Of a stretch of DNA of 64,000 nt, positions 36,425-48,735 are shown piece by piece. Made by a program: the position numbers and the translations under genes. Each line of letters starts with the position of its first letter. Within the stretch, counting starts at the first letter, position 1. The notes beneath the pieces are model-generated. The model was not told the origin of the DNA. It saw only the letters and a list, made by a program, of their open reading frames with translations, and did not search any database. This DNA is from Hydrolagus affinis. Its lineage: Eukaryota. The stretch is from the NCBI GenBank assembly GCA_012026655.1, contig JAAILG010000130.1:1-64000 (forward strand), in the 5' to 3' direction.

Positions 36425-36827
36425 GGAGTCCCGTAGCATACTAGTTAGAGCACTTGATTCACAAGCGAGAGGATGTAGATTTGATTCCCAGGCAGGGAAA
36501 AAACGTTAGACACGTTTCCTTACTCCACACGCCTCTGTTGACCTAGCAGTGAGTAGGAGCCCGGTTGTTAGTCAATTGGTGGATTGCTTTTCCAGGGCAT
36601 AATCATCATTTCATCCAAAAAAATAAAGAATTGAAATAAATAAGAAGAAGAATAATTTGGTCACTCAATTTGCCACTGTTTATGGGCACTGCTCTGTGCA
36701 ATTGGCTGCCATGTTTCACCCCCAAAAAGTGTTCAGTCAATACACTGTATATTCTATGAAGCGCTTTGAGATGTCTCAGAGATGTGATAAAGTGCTATAT
36801 CAAACAGAAAGATTACTATTGTTATTA
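36425..36827 (+). mobile_element. Full-length long-form tRNA-SINE
   Basis: GGAGTCCCGTAGCATACTAGTTAGAG head, ~70-bp extra central segment (36531-36600), shared 3' half and tail. Confidence 0.92.
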
Positions 36828-38699
36828 TATCATGTATAGCCATGCTGTACTCCAAAATATATTTGATTCCTTTACCTCAGATGGCATTACTTGATGCTTG
36901 GTTTTGCATTCGAAACCTTCTAAAACACCATACATTTTAATCATGTGCAAGAAACAGAGCTTTAAAACTGAACAGATTTAAAAGCTGACTGAGAGATCGG
37001 AAACATGTTCCAATTCACAGCAGTTTTGGCACCATTTGGACATAAGAACGTTTGGGGAAAAAACTGGCTGTTGGATAGAAGATTGAATCTTAAGTGATGT
37101 CTTATTTACAGCAATCTAGCCCTGTTTAAGGCCTACCAGATGCATTTTAACTCACTTAAAACAAAGTCAGAGAGCTAAACATGTGCCAGGCTCTGCACGA
37201 CTTTCGTAGAATTAGATGTTTTGTTTTCCAATAACTAGTGAAGTCTTATTTTTAGTACCTGAGTGCGTTGCAACACAGCAGATAAAAGGTATGGTGCCAT
37301 GTGTGCAACAAAAAGGGTTTATATTAATGACCGCATTGCTTGAATACTTGGTCTGATATCAAGCCTCTAACAATAATGGCTTTCATCCTGCACCTATAGG
37401 GGTGAGTTACTCAAGCATATTCATCTATAGCATCTCCTACCTACTGCTGCTTAGTTCATTATATACAGGCACACACAGCAGTGTGCAAAGTATTATTCCC
37501 TGTTAATTAAATGAAGCCAAACATGAATTAGTTAGACAAATTGATTTGTCTTTGTTACATTAAATTCAAACTTTTATTTTCTCTACTCTTACTTTAGGTT
37601 GTATGGCCATTGCCTACCTTCGAGTTGTTTTTTTTGGGTTTTTTTCCCCCCTCTGATCTGTGTCTGGAGTCGTGTGGAGGGATCTAATCTTCGGAGTAAA
37701 ATTATAGGTCTGCAGATGTTTTCAAGATGTTTCCCTGTCAGTAGCAGATTATCCCCTGTAGCAAAATCTCATTAAACTGCAATTTACAGAGCTTTGCTGC
37801 TGTTGCCATCAACTAAAATTAAAGACATTAATTTTTCAAAGTTCACAGAAGTCTTTACATAAATGATGCAGCAGTTTGGGAGACCAATTAACATAAGTGA
37901 TATTTGCAGAATTAACCCATATTAGTTGTACAAATGTTGCAAGGGTACAGAGTGGGCGGGTGTGGTGGTGGGGAGGTAGGGGTGGAGGGGTGTTAGGTGG
38001 GTGAATGGACAATGAAGTTGCAGAATATGCCTGGAGAATATGAGAGGCGTTGTATATAGAAGTGTTGAAATGTTACAAGGGTCACACACTGGGAGGAACG
38101 GTCGAAAGAGACTTCTGCTTTGTACCCCCAAAAAACATACACGAAGACTGTAATGATTGTTGTAGTGTACTATTTCTTTGATAAGCAGACCTGGCATCAG
38201 ATGGGACACCCAATCATCCTTTACTCTCTGAGCTAAACCATCTGCAGACAATATTGCACAAGGATGCCTTGTTATTTGCTGAATAGGTTTGTTTAGAGCA
38301 TGTTGAGTCAAGAAAATAAAACAGCAGCTCAAAGTGCAGATAAAACAATTAGCTGGCTGTTCAATCATCTGTAGACTGATGTACTTAAGTAGCTTAGTAA
38401 ATATTCAGTGATGAATTAATAAAGACTAATAATTGCCACTTCCTACCCTCACACAATCTATATTCCTGTCTTGGTGCTATTGCTTCTGCAGTTCAATTGG
38501 AGTATGAATGTCCCACAATGTGAAAGGATGTCTAACGATTAAGTAGTTTTTAAGTGATTAAGCATAAAAACTAATTGATTCAACATAATTTAGACCATTG
38601 TTCTTGGTTTAACTAAGTTTTTGAGTTTTAGCTGAGACCTAACCAGTGTTTTATAAAGGTTCATCATAACGGGAGTGAAACCTTCTGCATATTTCCTAA

Positions 38700-39190
38700 A
38701 AAAGTTATCAGAGAGTTAGCATTCATCCTCCGCAAAGTAGAGGTCCCTTCCTTGTCAGCGGGTTTGATTACAAGGTCAGGGTTGGATCTAAGAGAATGAA
38801 ATGAAGCACGTTCAGAGGCTGAACAATTTGAGTAGGTGAGTAGAGACACTGATGGCAGTTGTCAATGAACAAATCAAGGGAAGGTAGTAGGTTAGAGGGA
38901 GGAAACCTTGTGGAACCAGACTTCCTAGGCCAGGGAAAAGGGTCTACTGTGCGTTGGGAAGCCTCCTGGCCAAAAATATGAGCGCAACTGTAAAGTCGTC
39001 ATCAGAACAGAACAGCATCATGTAGAGCTCAAAGATCATTGAGATGGTGGCAAAAAAGAATGAAGCTGAGGCCTTTGTTGAGGATGGATAATTCAGGATC
39101 AGAGGGTGAAATAAGACAAAGGAGGGGATTGTAGAGAGGGATGGGGTCAGAAGAAGGTGAAGGGGTAAAAAGATCAGGGTTTGGCATTCA
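38700..39190 (-). mobile_element. Penelope-like element ORF remnant (N-terminal/RT region), disabled
   Basis: Minus-strand translation across frameshifts gives TIPS..ELSILNKGLSF..HLND..HDA.LF..AHIFGQE.. and SERASFHSLRSNPDLVIKPADKEG, matching the PLE motifs LxKGLxF and IxIKPADKG. Confidence 0.85.
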
Positions 39191-39324
39191 AGAATCATTG
39201 GAGTTAGCAGTCCTCGGCATCTAAAAGAATCACTTTACAGTATATTGTGTGGTACTTTGAGATATCTCAATGACGTGATAAGCTATTACATCAAATGCAA
39301 GCATTACTATTGTTATTGTCAGAA

Positions 39325-39927
39325 ATGCTGTCTTTAGGTTGAGATGTGAAACTGAAGCCCCATCTGTGTGAGTAAGTGCATGTTAAATATCCCATGGCAT
39401 TAGTGTGGATTCCTGTAGCTCAGTGGTTTGAACACTTGCCTTATAAGCATAAGAGACCAGTGTTCGAATTCAGGCAGGTCAGGGCGAAACCTTAGGCAAG
39501 TTTCCTTACTTCACATGCCTAATAGTAATCTCTCCAAAAGAAACTAATAAATTGGTCATTTCAGTCCACGTCTGTTTGTGGGTCTCTGCTGTGCGCAATC
39601 GGCTGCAGCGTTTCGCCCACAAATATACAGTCAATTTACTTTACAGTGTATTCTGTGAAGCGCTTTGAGACATCTAGAAGACATCAAAAGTGCTATATCA
39701 AGGCAAGGATTATTATTATTTGAAAAGAGAAGAGAGTTATTTCTAGAGTCTTGACTAGCAATACCCCAGATAATATTGGTCATTCACCTCATAGCTGTTA
39801 TTGGGACATTGCTGTGTGTAAACGGGCTGCCATACTTGTCTACAGATACACAGACACTAATTCCTGCAAAGTGCTTTGAGATATTTTGATGACGTGCTAA
39901 GGTGCGGGAACAATTGCAAGGATTATT
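39325..39927 (+). mobile_element. Deu-domain SINE interrupted by a young SINE
   Basis: GAGATGTGAAACTGAAGCCCCATCTG..CCCATGGCATTA resumes as TTGAAAAGAGAAGAGAGTT.. after the insert. Confidence 0.82.
39407..39720 (+). mobile_element. Full-length young tRNA-SINE
   Basis: A box TAGCTCAGTGG, B box GTTCGAATTC, complete body and (ATT)n tail. Confidence 0.95.
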
Positions 39928-40240
39928 CTATCACAGTGCTAATGATCACATCACACACCACATTTCCCCCTCAGTGTGGTTTTGCTATCTTTATAAGTGC
40001 TTTTATATCCAGCAATCATCTACTGGTTTCAATTACAATGTAACAGCCAGTAAAACCAAACAGAACAGGAATAACATGTTAAATTATCATATCAATTGAG
40101 CCTGGGCACACTGAATAAATTAAACTGCGAAATTCTTTGTTATTTCTAAAGTAAGCCACTGGGAATATTCTAAAGAATTTTCAATCATATTTCCACAATA
40201 TTCCAATAGTTTTTTTTTAGCATGTGCTTTATAGCCCCTT

Positions 40241-40975
40241 AACAACAACTTGTATTTATAACAACAATAAAATCTGCATTTATATAGTACCCCTCACGCA
40301 GGGTAGCGTCCCAGAACACTTAACAGAGGCAAAGCACGACACTGAACGAGGGGGAAGGTGAAGATCTTCAGGTGCGACATGAAGATGGGGAAGGAGGTGG
40401 AAAGGTGAAGGGATAGGGGGAGAGTATTCCAGAGTTTCAGGGAGTAGTGGCTGAAAGCGCGGCCACCAATGGAGCAATAGAGGACACAAAGGACAAGCCG
40501 GTAGTGGGTTGGGGAATAAGCAGTTTGGTGAAGCAGTGAGGTGCTGTAACTCAGTGGTTAGAGCACTTGCCTTACAAGCATGAGACCCGTGTTCGAATCC
40601 AGGCAGGTCAGGGCAACATTATGGGCAAGTTTCCTTACTCCACACGCCTAATAATAATCGCTCCAAAAAAACACAATAATAAAAATTTATCATTTTAATC
40701 CACGACTGTTTGTGGGGATGCAGCTGTGCGCATTTCGGCTGTGGCGTTTCGCTCAAAATTATACAGTCAATTCACTTTACAGTATAAAGTGAAGCTCTGT
40801 GAAGCGCTTTGAGACATCGATAAGACATGAAAAACGCTGTATCAAATGCAATGATTATTATCGGTAGTATTATTAGAACATGAAGGGATTTTAAAATGAA
40901 TGTGAGGATCTTGAAATCGATCTGCCAGTGGAGCCCGGCTAGAGCTAGTGTGATGGGGATCCAGGATTTATAGAC
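40241..40975 (-). mobile_element. L2 3' end interrupted by a young SINE
   Basis: PITLALAGLHWQIDFKILTFILKSLH (40880-40975), continuing at 40241-40500 as IGGRAFS..LWN-like sequence and a (GTT)n tail. Confidence 0.8.
40538..40860 (+). mobile_element. Full-length young tRNA-SINE
   Basis: TAACTCAGTGGTTAGAGCAC..GTTCGAATCC, complete body. Confidence 0.95.
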
Positions 40976-41225
40976 TGACACTCACTTTACACCTTGTACC
41001 GCTCCCTGCATTGCAAGATAACATCCCGGAGTGATGTACAGTGATGAGGTTGGACACCGAGAAAGGGAGATGGGCAGATAACCATAGGCGCAGTCGAAAA
41101 GGTAAGTTACATTGAAGTGTTGACGCATTGTACAGTACCTCACGATAATTACTGTAAAGTACAGTTACTTTTTTGTAGGCAAACAGGGCAGCTATTTGTG
41201 AGCTATAAAGTCTCACAAACAGACA

Positions 41226-41529
41226 TAATCCTTGTATTTTGATGTCTTCTAGACGTCTCAAAGCGTTTCACAGGATATACTGTAAAGTGAATTGACTGTA
41301 TATTTGTGGGCGAAACGCGGCAGCCAATTGCGCACAGCAGCGTCCCCACAAACAGTCTTGGATTGAAATGACCAATTTTTATTATTGTTTTTTTTTGGAC
41401 AGATTATTATTAGACATGTGTGTATGGAGTAAGGAAACTTTTCCAAGCTTTTGCCCTGACCTGCCTGGTTTCGAACACAGGTCTCACACTTCTAAAGCGA
41501 GTGCTCTAACCACTGAGCTGCAGGACTCC
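41226..41529 (-). mobile_element. Full-length young tRNA-SINE
   Basis: Complete reverse copy, nested in a decayed minus-strand Deu-SINE (~41120-41225 and 41534-41610). Confidence 0.95.
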
Positions 41530-42490
41530 AAATATGAAGTAAACGATTGATTTGATTTGGGGGATTGTTGGCTAGGACAATAGGTGACACTCCCTTCTCT
41601 TTTTGAAACTCTAATCCCATTTCTTGCCCCTCGTCCACATTGTCAATGTTTATTTTTGTCCCCCAATAGAGCTCCCTGCTGTAATCCGTTCCTCCGCTCT
41701 TTCCCCATCGTGTCAGGACTGCTCCACACTGAAACTACCTACACAGTTGGCATTCCCCTCAAGCTTTCATCCAAATCTCTTGTAAAGGCTTTATCACCAC
41801 GGCTTCAACAAGCCATTTTTGGTAAAGCATCTGTACAATTGAGTATTCCTTTAGATTGTATATTTTTTTTTACAATTTTGTACAACTTTCTGTAGGATTC
41901 AAATTAGCAAGTGTTTGCACCCCACCTCTGATGAGTTATGTTCACTGTTATACGCATGACTTTCATACCAGTTTGAGGATAATGGTGTAAAGTTTGTACA
42001 TGCAGCATTCTTCCATGCAGCCAGACATTTTATCTACAATTACAATAGTCATTAGGTTTTACTGTAAAATATTTCGATGCACTTTCAGATCTTTACAACA
42101 ATGCGAGTGCAATTTATTGAATGTGACTATTTTTATTTTATGAACAAAATAACCCACGCTGACTGCTATTCCCTCAAGGATTAAACACACCAAAATAACC
42201 TCTGCTTGGCTTGCATCTGGTCACAGACAATTTATCAGGATGCATGAACATTTCAAAATAATTAAAAATTTTGTTCCAAAATACCAAGCTGTTTTACTGG
42301 AGTTTTTTTTGGGTTGGATAGTGTTTTTTCCTAGGCCAAGGAATTTGGCAACTGACTGCGGATCTCCTTCGTTTTGTGTTACGCAATCATAGTCTCATGT
42401 GGGATCACTTGAACTGCATTCAAATTCATGGAAAAACAATGCAGATCACTATTGCACTCCACCATCACTCTCATCAGTGTGTGTGTGAAT

Positions 42491-42603
42491 TAATAATAAT
42501 AATCCTCACATTCGATATAGCGCCTTATCACATCAACGAGACGTCTCAAAGCGCTTCACAGAATATACAGTACTTGAATTGACTGTATTTTGTGAGCGAA
42601 ATG
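42491..42603 (-). mobile_element. SINE 3' part truncated by the assembly gap
   Basis: Matches the SINE tail up to the N run. Confidence 0.9.
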
Positions 42604-42703
42604 NNNNNNNNNNNNNNNNNNNNNNNNNNNNNNNNNNNNNNNNNNNNNNNNNNNNNNNNNNNNNNNNNNNNNNNNNNNNNNNNNNNNNNNNNNNNNNNNN
42701 NNN
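42604..42703. other. Assembly gap (100 N)
   Basis: Read directly. A round number of Ns suggests a placeholder of unknown size. Confidence 0.99.
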
Positions 42704-43261
42704 GAGTGCTTTACAGGATTTACGGTAGAGTTACTATTGGAGGTTTATTCTGTACTCGTGTATGTTTTAAAAAGTAAAGATCTATACATATCATGTGTAT
42801 GTATTCAGCTGACCAGCATTGTACTCCTCTATTGTCTATCCATGATATATGTGTAAAGATATATCACGCTGTAGTTGCACATCAACTACATCTTGCACCA
42901 TATAATATACACACACACAAATCAAATAACATTCCTAACACCGATGCTGGGCCGCTATGTAACAGCTGCCTCTCAACATTCTGTATCAATCAAAACCATT
43001 TGGATGAATTGTCTGTGGTGGAGTTATACGCTTGTAATCTCAACTGCCTGTGGCTTTCTCTCCCACAGAGTGCCATTGCTTGGTTTGCTGTCCCACGCTT
43101 GATTTTTTCTTCTTCTTTTTGTTGGTCAGCCGAGTATCTGATACATGCAGAAACCCATCGCCAGGTTTAAGTTTATCCAAACCCAAGGTGAGATTTCCAT
43201 GCATGCCAGAGATAGATTGTTGGAATGGAATGTCCACTCTCTTCCTGGACGGATGCATCCT

Positions 43262-43470
43262 GCTTACCTAATTACTAAGTAATAGGCGCAGGTTTGCAAG
43301 AGCCAAGGCTTGGGGGACCTCAGAATGTGCATTGGGGGTACTGCTGGAGTCTAACCAGATAAAACCACATACCTTGCCATTGATATTGCTGTCCAGCAAG
43401 CTGTTACAATCCATCCAAAGCATTGCCTATCTAGACAGGCAAATTGGCAACAAGACTAAGACTTCTGGCT
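43262..43470 (-). mobile_element. Old interspersed repeat (same family as 30900-31450 and 46487-46720)
   Basis: Reverse complement ACAGCTTGCTGGACAGCAATATCAATGGCAAGGTATGTGGTTTTATCTGGTTAGACTCCAGCAGTACCCCCAATGCAC aligns to 46546-46622. Confidence 0.8.
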
Positions 43471-43896
43471 CCTCTCTCCCCTTCCTGGAGTGGATAGAAG
43501 AAAAGGTTCATCTGATACTCAATGCTTCTTTGACCTCTACCGTACTGCATAAATATCCTACCAGGAAAGTGTTTTGTAAAAGTGCTAATCTTCAACAATT
43601 TTGTTGGGAGGTCGTATTCTAGTTATCAGTGATGTCGGGGAAAGCTAGTTCCCATTGCCAATCTCTGTGGAAGGTTGGCTGAATCTGTACATATACTTTC
43701 CACAAAAGCCAGTTGTGTCTTTCATTGTCCTTGAGACATTTGCAGTAGGTTCTAGGAAATATTAAATGTCATTTCAGCACGTCACCAGAAAGTCTATAGA
43801 GGTACAAATTCTGATGTTTAAAACCTGCAGACTTTGGTTTCCACCACAACACCATTTGTAAATGACTGGCTTACTTGGCTCAATTGAAGAAGCTGA

Positions 43897-44296
43897 AATA
43901 ATAATAATAATCCTTATATTTGATATAGCGCTTTTCACATCTTATCGATGTCTCAAAGCGCTTCACAGAATATATTGTAAAATGAATTGACTGTATGTTT
44001 GTGGACAAAACGCAGCAGCCAATTGCGCACAGCAGTCAATTGCGCTACAAACAGTCGTGGATTGAAATGAACAATTTTTGTTATTGTGTTTTTTTTGAGG
44101 GATTATTATTAGGGGTGTGTGTGGAGTAAGGAAACTTACCCAAGGTTTCACCCCGATCAAGCGCTCTGAGACGCCGTCCGGGGTGGAGGGCGCTACATAA
44201 ATCGAAGTTGTTGTCGTTGTTGTTGATCTGTCTGGATTCGAATACAGGTCTCATGCTCGTAAGGCGAGTGCTCTAACCACTGAGCTACAGGAGCTC
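43897..44296 (-). mobile_element. Full-length young tRNA-SINE interrupted by an L2 tail
   Basis: Complete reverse copy once 44159-44224 is removed. Confidence 0.93.
44159..44224 (+). mobile_element. Young L2 3' tail (66 bp) with GATC target-site duplication
   Basis: AAGCGCTCTGAGACGCCGTCCGGGGTGGAGGGCGCTACATAAATCGAAGTTGTTGTCGTTGTTGTT flanked by GATC at 44155-44158 and 44225-44228. Confidence 0.88.
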
Positions 44297-44509
44297 AATG
44301 AGCAATTATTGATCCTCTGTTAAATGCCTGGGGGTTGGACCTCATTGAGTGAATAAACAGGGTGAATTTGGTCCATCTGTTGTTTTGATAATCCTGGTGA
44401 GTCAGTGGAGCAGTCTTCCCCACCCCTGATTAGAAAGTAAATAGCACAAGCTTATTGGCTGGAATTTTGGGGCCTCTGTTGGTGTCTCTGATCGAATGCA
44501 CCAAAACAG

Positions 44510-44780
44510 CAGAACAAGAGGAAACCGGTTCAAGGTTACACAGAGAAAATTGATGATAAATACCTGGCAGTGAACCAGAGGGTAATTAATGGCTGGAACA
44601 GGTCGTTAGGAAGAGTGATTGAGAGCAAGACAATGAAAGTATTTTTTTTCCCTGAAAGACAGCTTAATGCTGTGCTGTGAGGTCAGTACGGGTGTGTGTG
44701 TTTTTTTGGGGGAAGAATAAGATCAGATGGACAAAAGGACATTCTTCATTCCATCCTCCATCGCGAGTGCTTTATTATGT
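44510..44780 (+). mobile_element. CR1 3' end
   Basis: AGAACAAGAGGAAAC..CAGAGGGTAATTAATGGCTGGAACAGG..GATCAGATGGACAAAAGG. Confidence 0.75.
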
Positions 44781-44954
44781 TCAAGGGTGTACTTTGTAGA
44801 TGTTTATACTGCCTCTCGGTGAGGGAATGTATCAATAACTAAGTTGGCGGGGAAATTGAAAATGTTCACGGTTGTGGGTTACTTTGTGGGTTCAGCTCTG
44901 CTGCAAGTGGCTTTCGAGGGTAAGAGAGCGATAGATAAATGTTTGAAGAGAAAC

Positions 44955-45212
44955 CAAATTCATCATTTACTAGTGGTTTGTGGGACATTATTGTCTGCAA
45001 ATCGACTGCGGCCTTTGATAAGCAGTCACTACACTTTACAGTAACAAGCGTAAAATGCTTTGAGATGTTTTAATGACATGGGCATGAATGTTTCTAGGAC
45101 AATGCTGTGTGCAATTTGCTGCCATCATTTTGCCCACGAAGCACACTGGTCAATCACCTTACAATATATTCTGTTAAATGCTTTGAGATGCCTCAACGAC
45201 ACGATAAGGCTC
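44955..45212 (+). mobile_element. Two tandem decayed SINE 3' halves
   Basis: TTTGTGGGACATT..ACACTTTACAG..GCTTTGAGATG, repeated at 45095-45212. Confidence 0.7.
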
Positions 45213-45267
45213 TTAAGATTACTCAAATGCACCGCTTGCTGGTCTGCCCAGATCCACCATTCAAAAG

Positions 45268-45430
45268 ATCCAGCTCATTCAGGACTTTGCCGTCTGTGTA
45301 CTAACCAGGACCACACTCCATACCCACACCTCACCAGTTCTGGCCAGGCTCCACTGGCTCCACATCACCGCATGGATCAACATCAAATCGATTCATTCAC
45401 TGGCACCTCCCTACCTCTCTGACTTCTCTA
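45268..45430 (+). mobile_element. L2 ORF2 fragment
   Basis: QLIQDFAVCVLTRT..H..PVLARLHWL. Confidence 0.75.
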
Positions 45431-45529
45431 CTATCCAATCCACCAAATCCCCTTTTCAGGAAGTTGCCAATAATTATTTAAATTCAACTGCTCAATTTCC
45501 AGATTTCAAATCACAGATATAATAACAAT

Positions 45530-45670
45530 AATACTAATAATCCTTGGATTTGATATAGCGCTTTTTCACATCTTATCGACATCTCAAAGCGCTTCACAGA
45601 ATATACTGTAAAGAACTTGTTTGCAGTACAAGTAAAACTGTATATTTACTGTATATTTGTGAGCGAAACG
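45530..45670 (-). mobile_element. SINE 3' fragment
   Basis: Matches the SINE tail, with a short insertion. Confidence 0.85.
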
Positions 45671-46132
45671 AGTTCTCCGAATTCAGGTAGGTTTGTAATC
45701 TGTTTTACATTTGATTCTCATACAATATTCTTGCTGTGGGCCTGCCGATAGCTTCGTTTGTCATTCCTTACACGTGCTTTATCAATACTTCTCCCCTGGT
45801 GCTGTACCGTCTGCAAAGATTTCTGCTCATGGGTTTGCAGGCAAAAAATATTCTACCCAAGTTAATTCTTTTTAATGAATAGTACACTCATTTTATCTTC
45901 CTCTGACTGATTTAATCAAAGAGCTCTAACTGTCTCTTTATGTTAAAGCTTCAAGGAGTAGTATTTGGTTATTTGGTCAGAAAAGTGATTTGTGGATTGC
46001 ATATTGGCGAGCAATCAACTGATTTGAACAAAACATGAGAAAGCATTTAAGCGGTACTTAAAGACTGTATTATGTGGGTGAAAGGCAGCAGCTAATTGCA
46101 CACAGCAGTGAACCAGAAACAGTCTTGGAATC

Positions 46133-46486
46133 ATAACGTAAGAATTTGCAATGCGAAAGAAGACCGGAGTCAATCCAGTTTGCCTTCTACCATCCTGGCA
46201 ATCACCAGACGTGTCGTGTCCCAAACTATATCCCTGTACTATATCCTGAGATATTATTTTCGAGCAGAAATCTATCTAACTTGCTTTTGAAACAAACAAC
46301 AGTGTGCTTCCACCATATCCCGAGGGATTGTGTTCCATTAGTTTACCACTTGCTCACTGAAGTAGCGTTTCCACGGATTTGTTCTGAATTTACCCTCTTG
46401 AATTGCTAGCCGTGTCCCCTGTTCTACTGTTTAGTGCAAGACCAAACAATTTATCATGGTCTACATTACCCAGTCCCTTTAGAATC
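46133..46486 (-). mobile_element. CR1 3' end (same family as 9468-10036)
   Basis: The reverse complement matches 9670-10036, including GACCATGATAA, GGACACGG, TACTTCAGTGAGCAA, TTAGATAGATTTCTG and CCAGGATGGT. Confidence 0.88.
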
Positions 46487-46720
46487 AGCTCCTGCAAGCC
46501 AAACTGCTAACGAGTACATTGGTCCTAGCTGGACAAGCAATAGGACAGCTTGCCAGACAGCACTTTCAATGGCAAGCTATGCGGTTTTACAGTTTAGACT
46601 CCAGCAGTGACCCCCAACGCACACATGCTCTCGCTAGTCTTGGCTCTTGCCAGCTGCACCTGATGCTCTCCAGAAATGAGGTAAATAAGATGTATCCCTC
46701 CAGGGATTTAGTAAATTTGT
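46487..46720 (+). mobile_element. Old interspersed repeat, possibly LF-SINE-related
   Basis: Homologous to 43262-43470 and 31090-31450; its 5' part also matches 63255-63291 (CCTAGCTGGACAAGCA). Confidence 0.75.
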
Positions 46721-47414
46721 AAATTTTGAAAGATTCCACCCCAACAAGTATAGGATGCACACAACTCTCAGTTTAGTTTGGATACTCTTAAGCATGGGAC
46801 GGTTTCCTCATGTGTCAGCCAGCTGACCATCACCACCCCCCCACCCCCACCCAAAAAAAAATGGTAGGGTTTCTTACTGTGGGAACATGCAGAGTTCCTC
46901 GCTCACTGAGGGTTGTCTCATAAGCTGGATATAAAAGCTGCAACCACAAGCCCAGCATTAGGAAACTCTTTCGCTCGCTGGCTTCCCTTTCTGCCACTTA
47001 ATTCAAATCAAAATGTTTGGCCTGTCTGCAACAAAGTGAGGTAATAAAAAAAAACTGTTGGTTAGTAAAGACTCTTTCTCTAGAGCTCATAAAAGCACTA
47101 AAGCCTCCAAACTAGGCCCCGGGGACCAGACTGAACAAGAGAAACAGTAAAAAAACAGGAACAAATCACAAGCTCGGGAACTGTTGCATTTGATTCAGCT
47201 ATTGGCTAACTCAGTACTATATTCTGGTTATAGCAGATGTTTGATGTGGCTTTGCAGCTGCCAGCAATCTTTTTTTTCTGTTCGGTTTTGCTCACCGCTT
47301 TTTTGGGGGTACTTGATGTTTCGCTATCAGTTTCTGAACTTCCTGTTGTGTGTGCCAGCCCATGTTGTGTGTGTACATATGTATATAACAATACATTATA
47401 CAGTCCATCCTAAA

Positions 47415-47560
47415 AATAATTGGTCCCTCAATCCAGAACTGTTTGTGGGACACTGTACACCCACAAATTACACACTCAGCCCACCTTACAATATATTCTA
47501 TGAAGCGCTTTGAGATGTAGTCAGGTGCTGTATCAAATTTACAAATACTGTATTATTGCT
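47415..47560 (+). mobile_element. SINE 3' fragment
   Basis: TTGGTCCCTCAATCCAG..CTGTTTGTGGGACACTG..GAAGCGCTTTGAGATG. Confidence 0.8.
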
Positions 47561-48291
47561 GAGTCCTACATTATCTGGACTTCCTGAAAATAAACCTTTT
47601 GATCTGACCTTACACCGGTCCAATCAACCTCAGCCAAGTCTTTGTGGCTGGGAGCTCTTCGCTGAGCTCCATGTCATCATGCACACAATGGTTTGCCAAA
47701 CCATGATAGAATAGCCACCAGTGACTGTTTCGAGTCAGGCTTGCTGCCAGACCAAACCACTGCAGACAGAGTACACACAGACAATCATTCACATATCCAC
47801 AAATGGTCTGAAATTGCCCATAAAGAGATTTCCCCTTCCCATTGGAATCCCATTTTATATATATATGTGTGTGTATATTTTATAATATTATCTATAATAA
47901 TAAATTCTCACCAAGTTGTCCTGTCTTCAGGCTGTGATTCGATTTGTAAACTACTCAATAGTTAACGCTATGAATTCTCTGAATAGTGATTAAATTCACA
48001 ATTACCGTATATTGGGACCAAATAGAATTTGATATCACTCCTGGTTCAAAGTGCTCAACTGAGTATTTTTGAGACGTCTCAATGATATTATAAGGCATAT
48101 CCATATCAAATGGAAGAATAATAATTATTACAGTACAGTATTTTGTTACAAACGCCAGAAATAGAAGCTTTTGTTCTAACTTGCCGTTGACCAGCACATG
48201 AAACGAAATGAGCATCTGGTTCCAATATTCAGCTCGTACATGCAGTGCAATGTGGCTGCTTTAGGTGTAAATATTTAAAATATTTCAACTA

Positions 48292-48735
48292 TGGTCCCTT
48301 CCCTCAGTTGGTAGCACTCTCACCTCTGAGTCAGAACATTGTGCATTCAAGCCCCATGTAGGAACTTTGAACTCGTGGTCTAGGCTGACGCTCCAATGAA
48401 ATGCTACATGAGCATCCCATTGTCTTTGAGGTGGCATCCTTTAAATGAGATGTTATATTGAGGTCCCATCTTCATTATAGGGTGGAATTAAAAAATTTCA
48501 TGACACTATCAGAAGAGAGAAGGGAGTTTCTCTTGGTGTCCAGGCCAACAATCCCTCGGATGAAATGGGCAATTCGTGTCATTCACTATTTGTAGGACAT
48601 TGCTGTGTGTAAATTAGCTGTCCCATCAGCTACAAAATACAAACGTCACTACACTTTACAGTACGTACTGCATAAACGCTTTGAAATGTTTTCACGGTGT
48701 GATAATGTGCTATATCAAACGCGGAGATTATGATG
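48292..48735 (+). mobile_element. Full-length old Deu-domain SINE
   Basis: tRNA-like head CTCAGTTGGTAGCACTCTCACCTCTGAGTCAGAA..TTCAAGCCCCA, then TCTAGGCTGAC, the Deu core and an L2-like tail. Confidence 0.9.

Noticed and set aside
42592-42777. ORF containing X residues
   Set aside because: An artefact of the 100-N assembly gap.
43069-43187. Possible plus-strand exon (TTTCTCTCCCACAG| ... AAG|GTGAGA)
   Set aside because: It contains a T-rich low-complexity tract, has no recognisable coding signal and has no partner exons.
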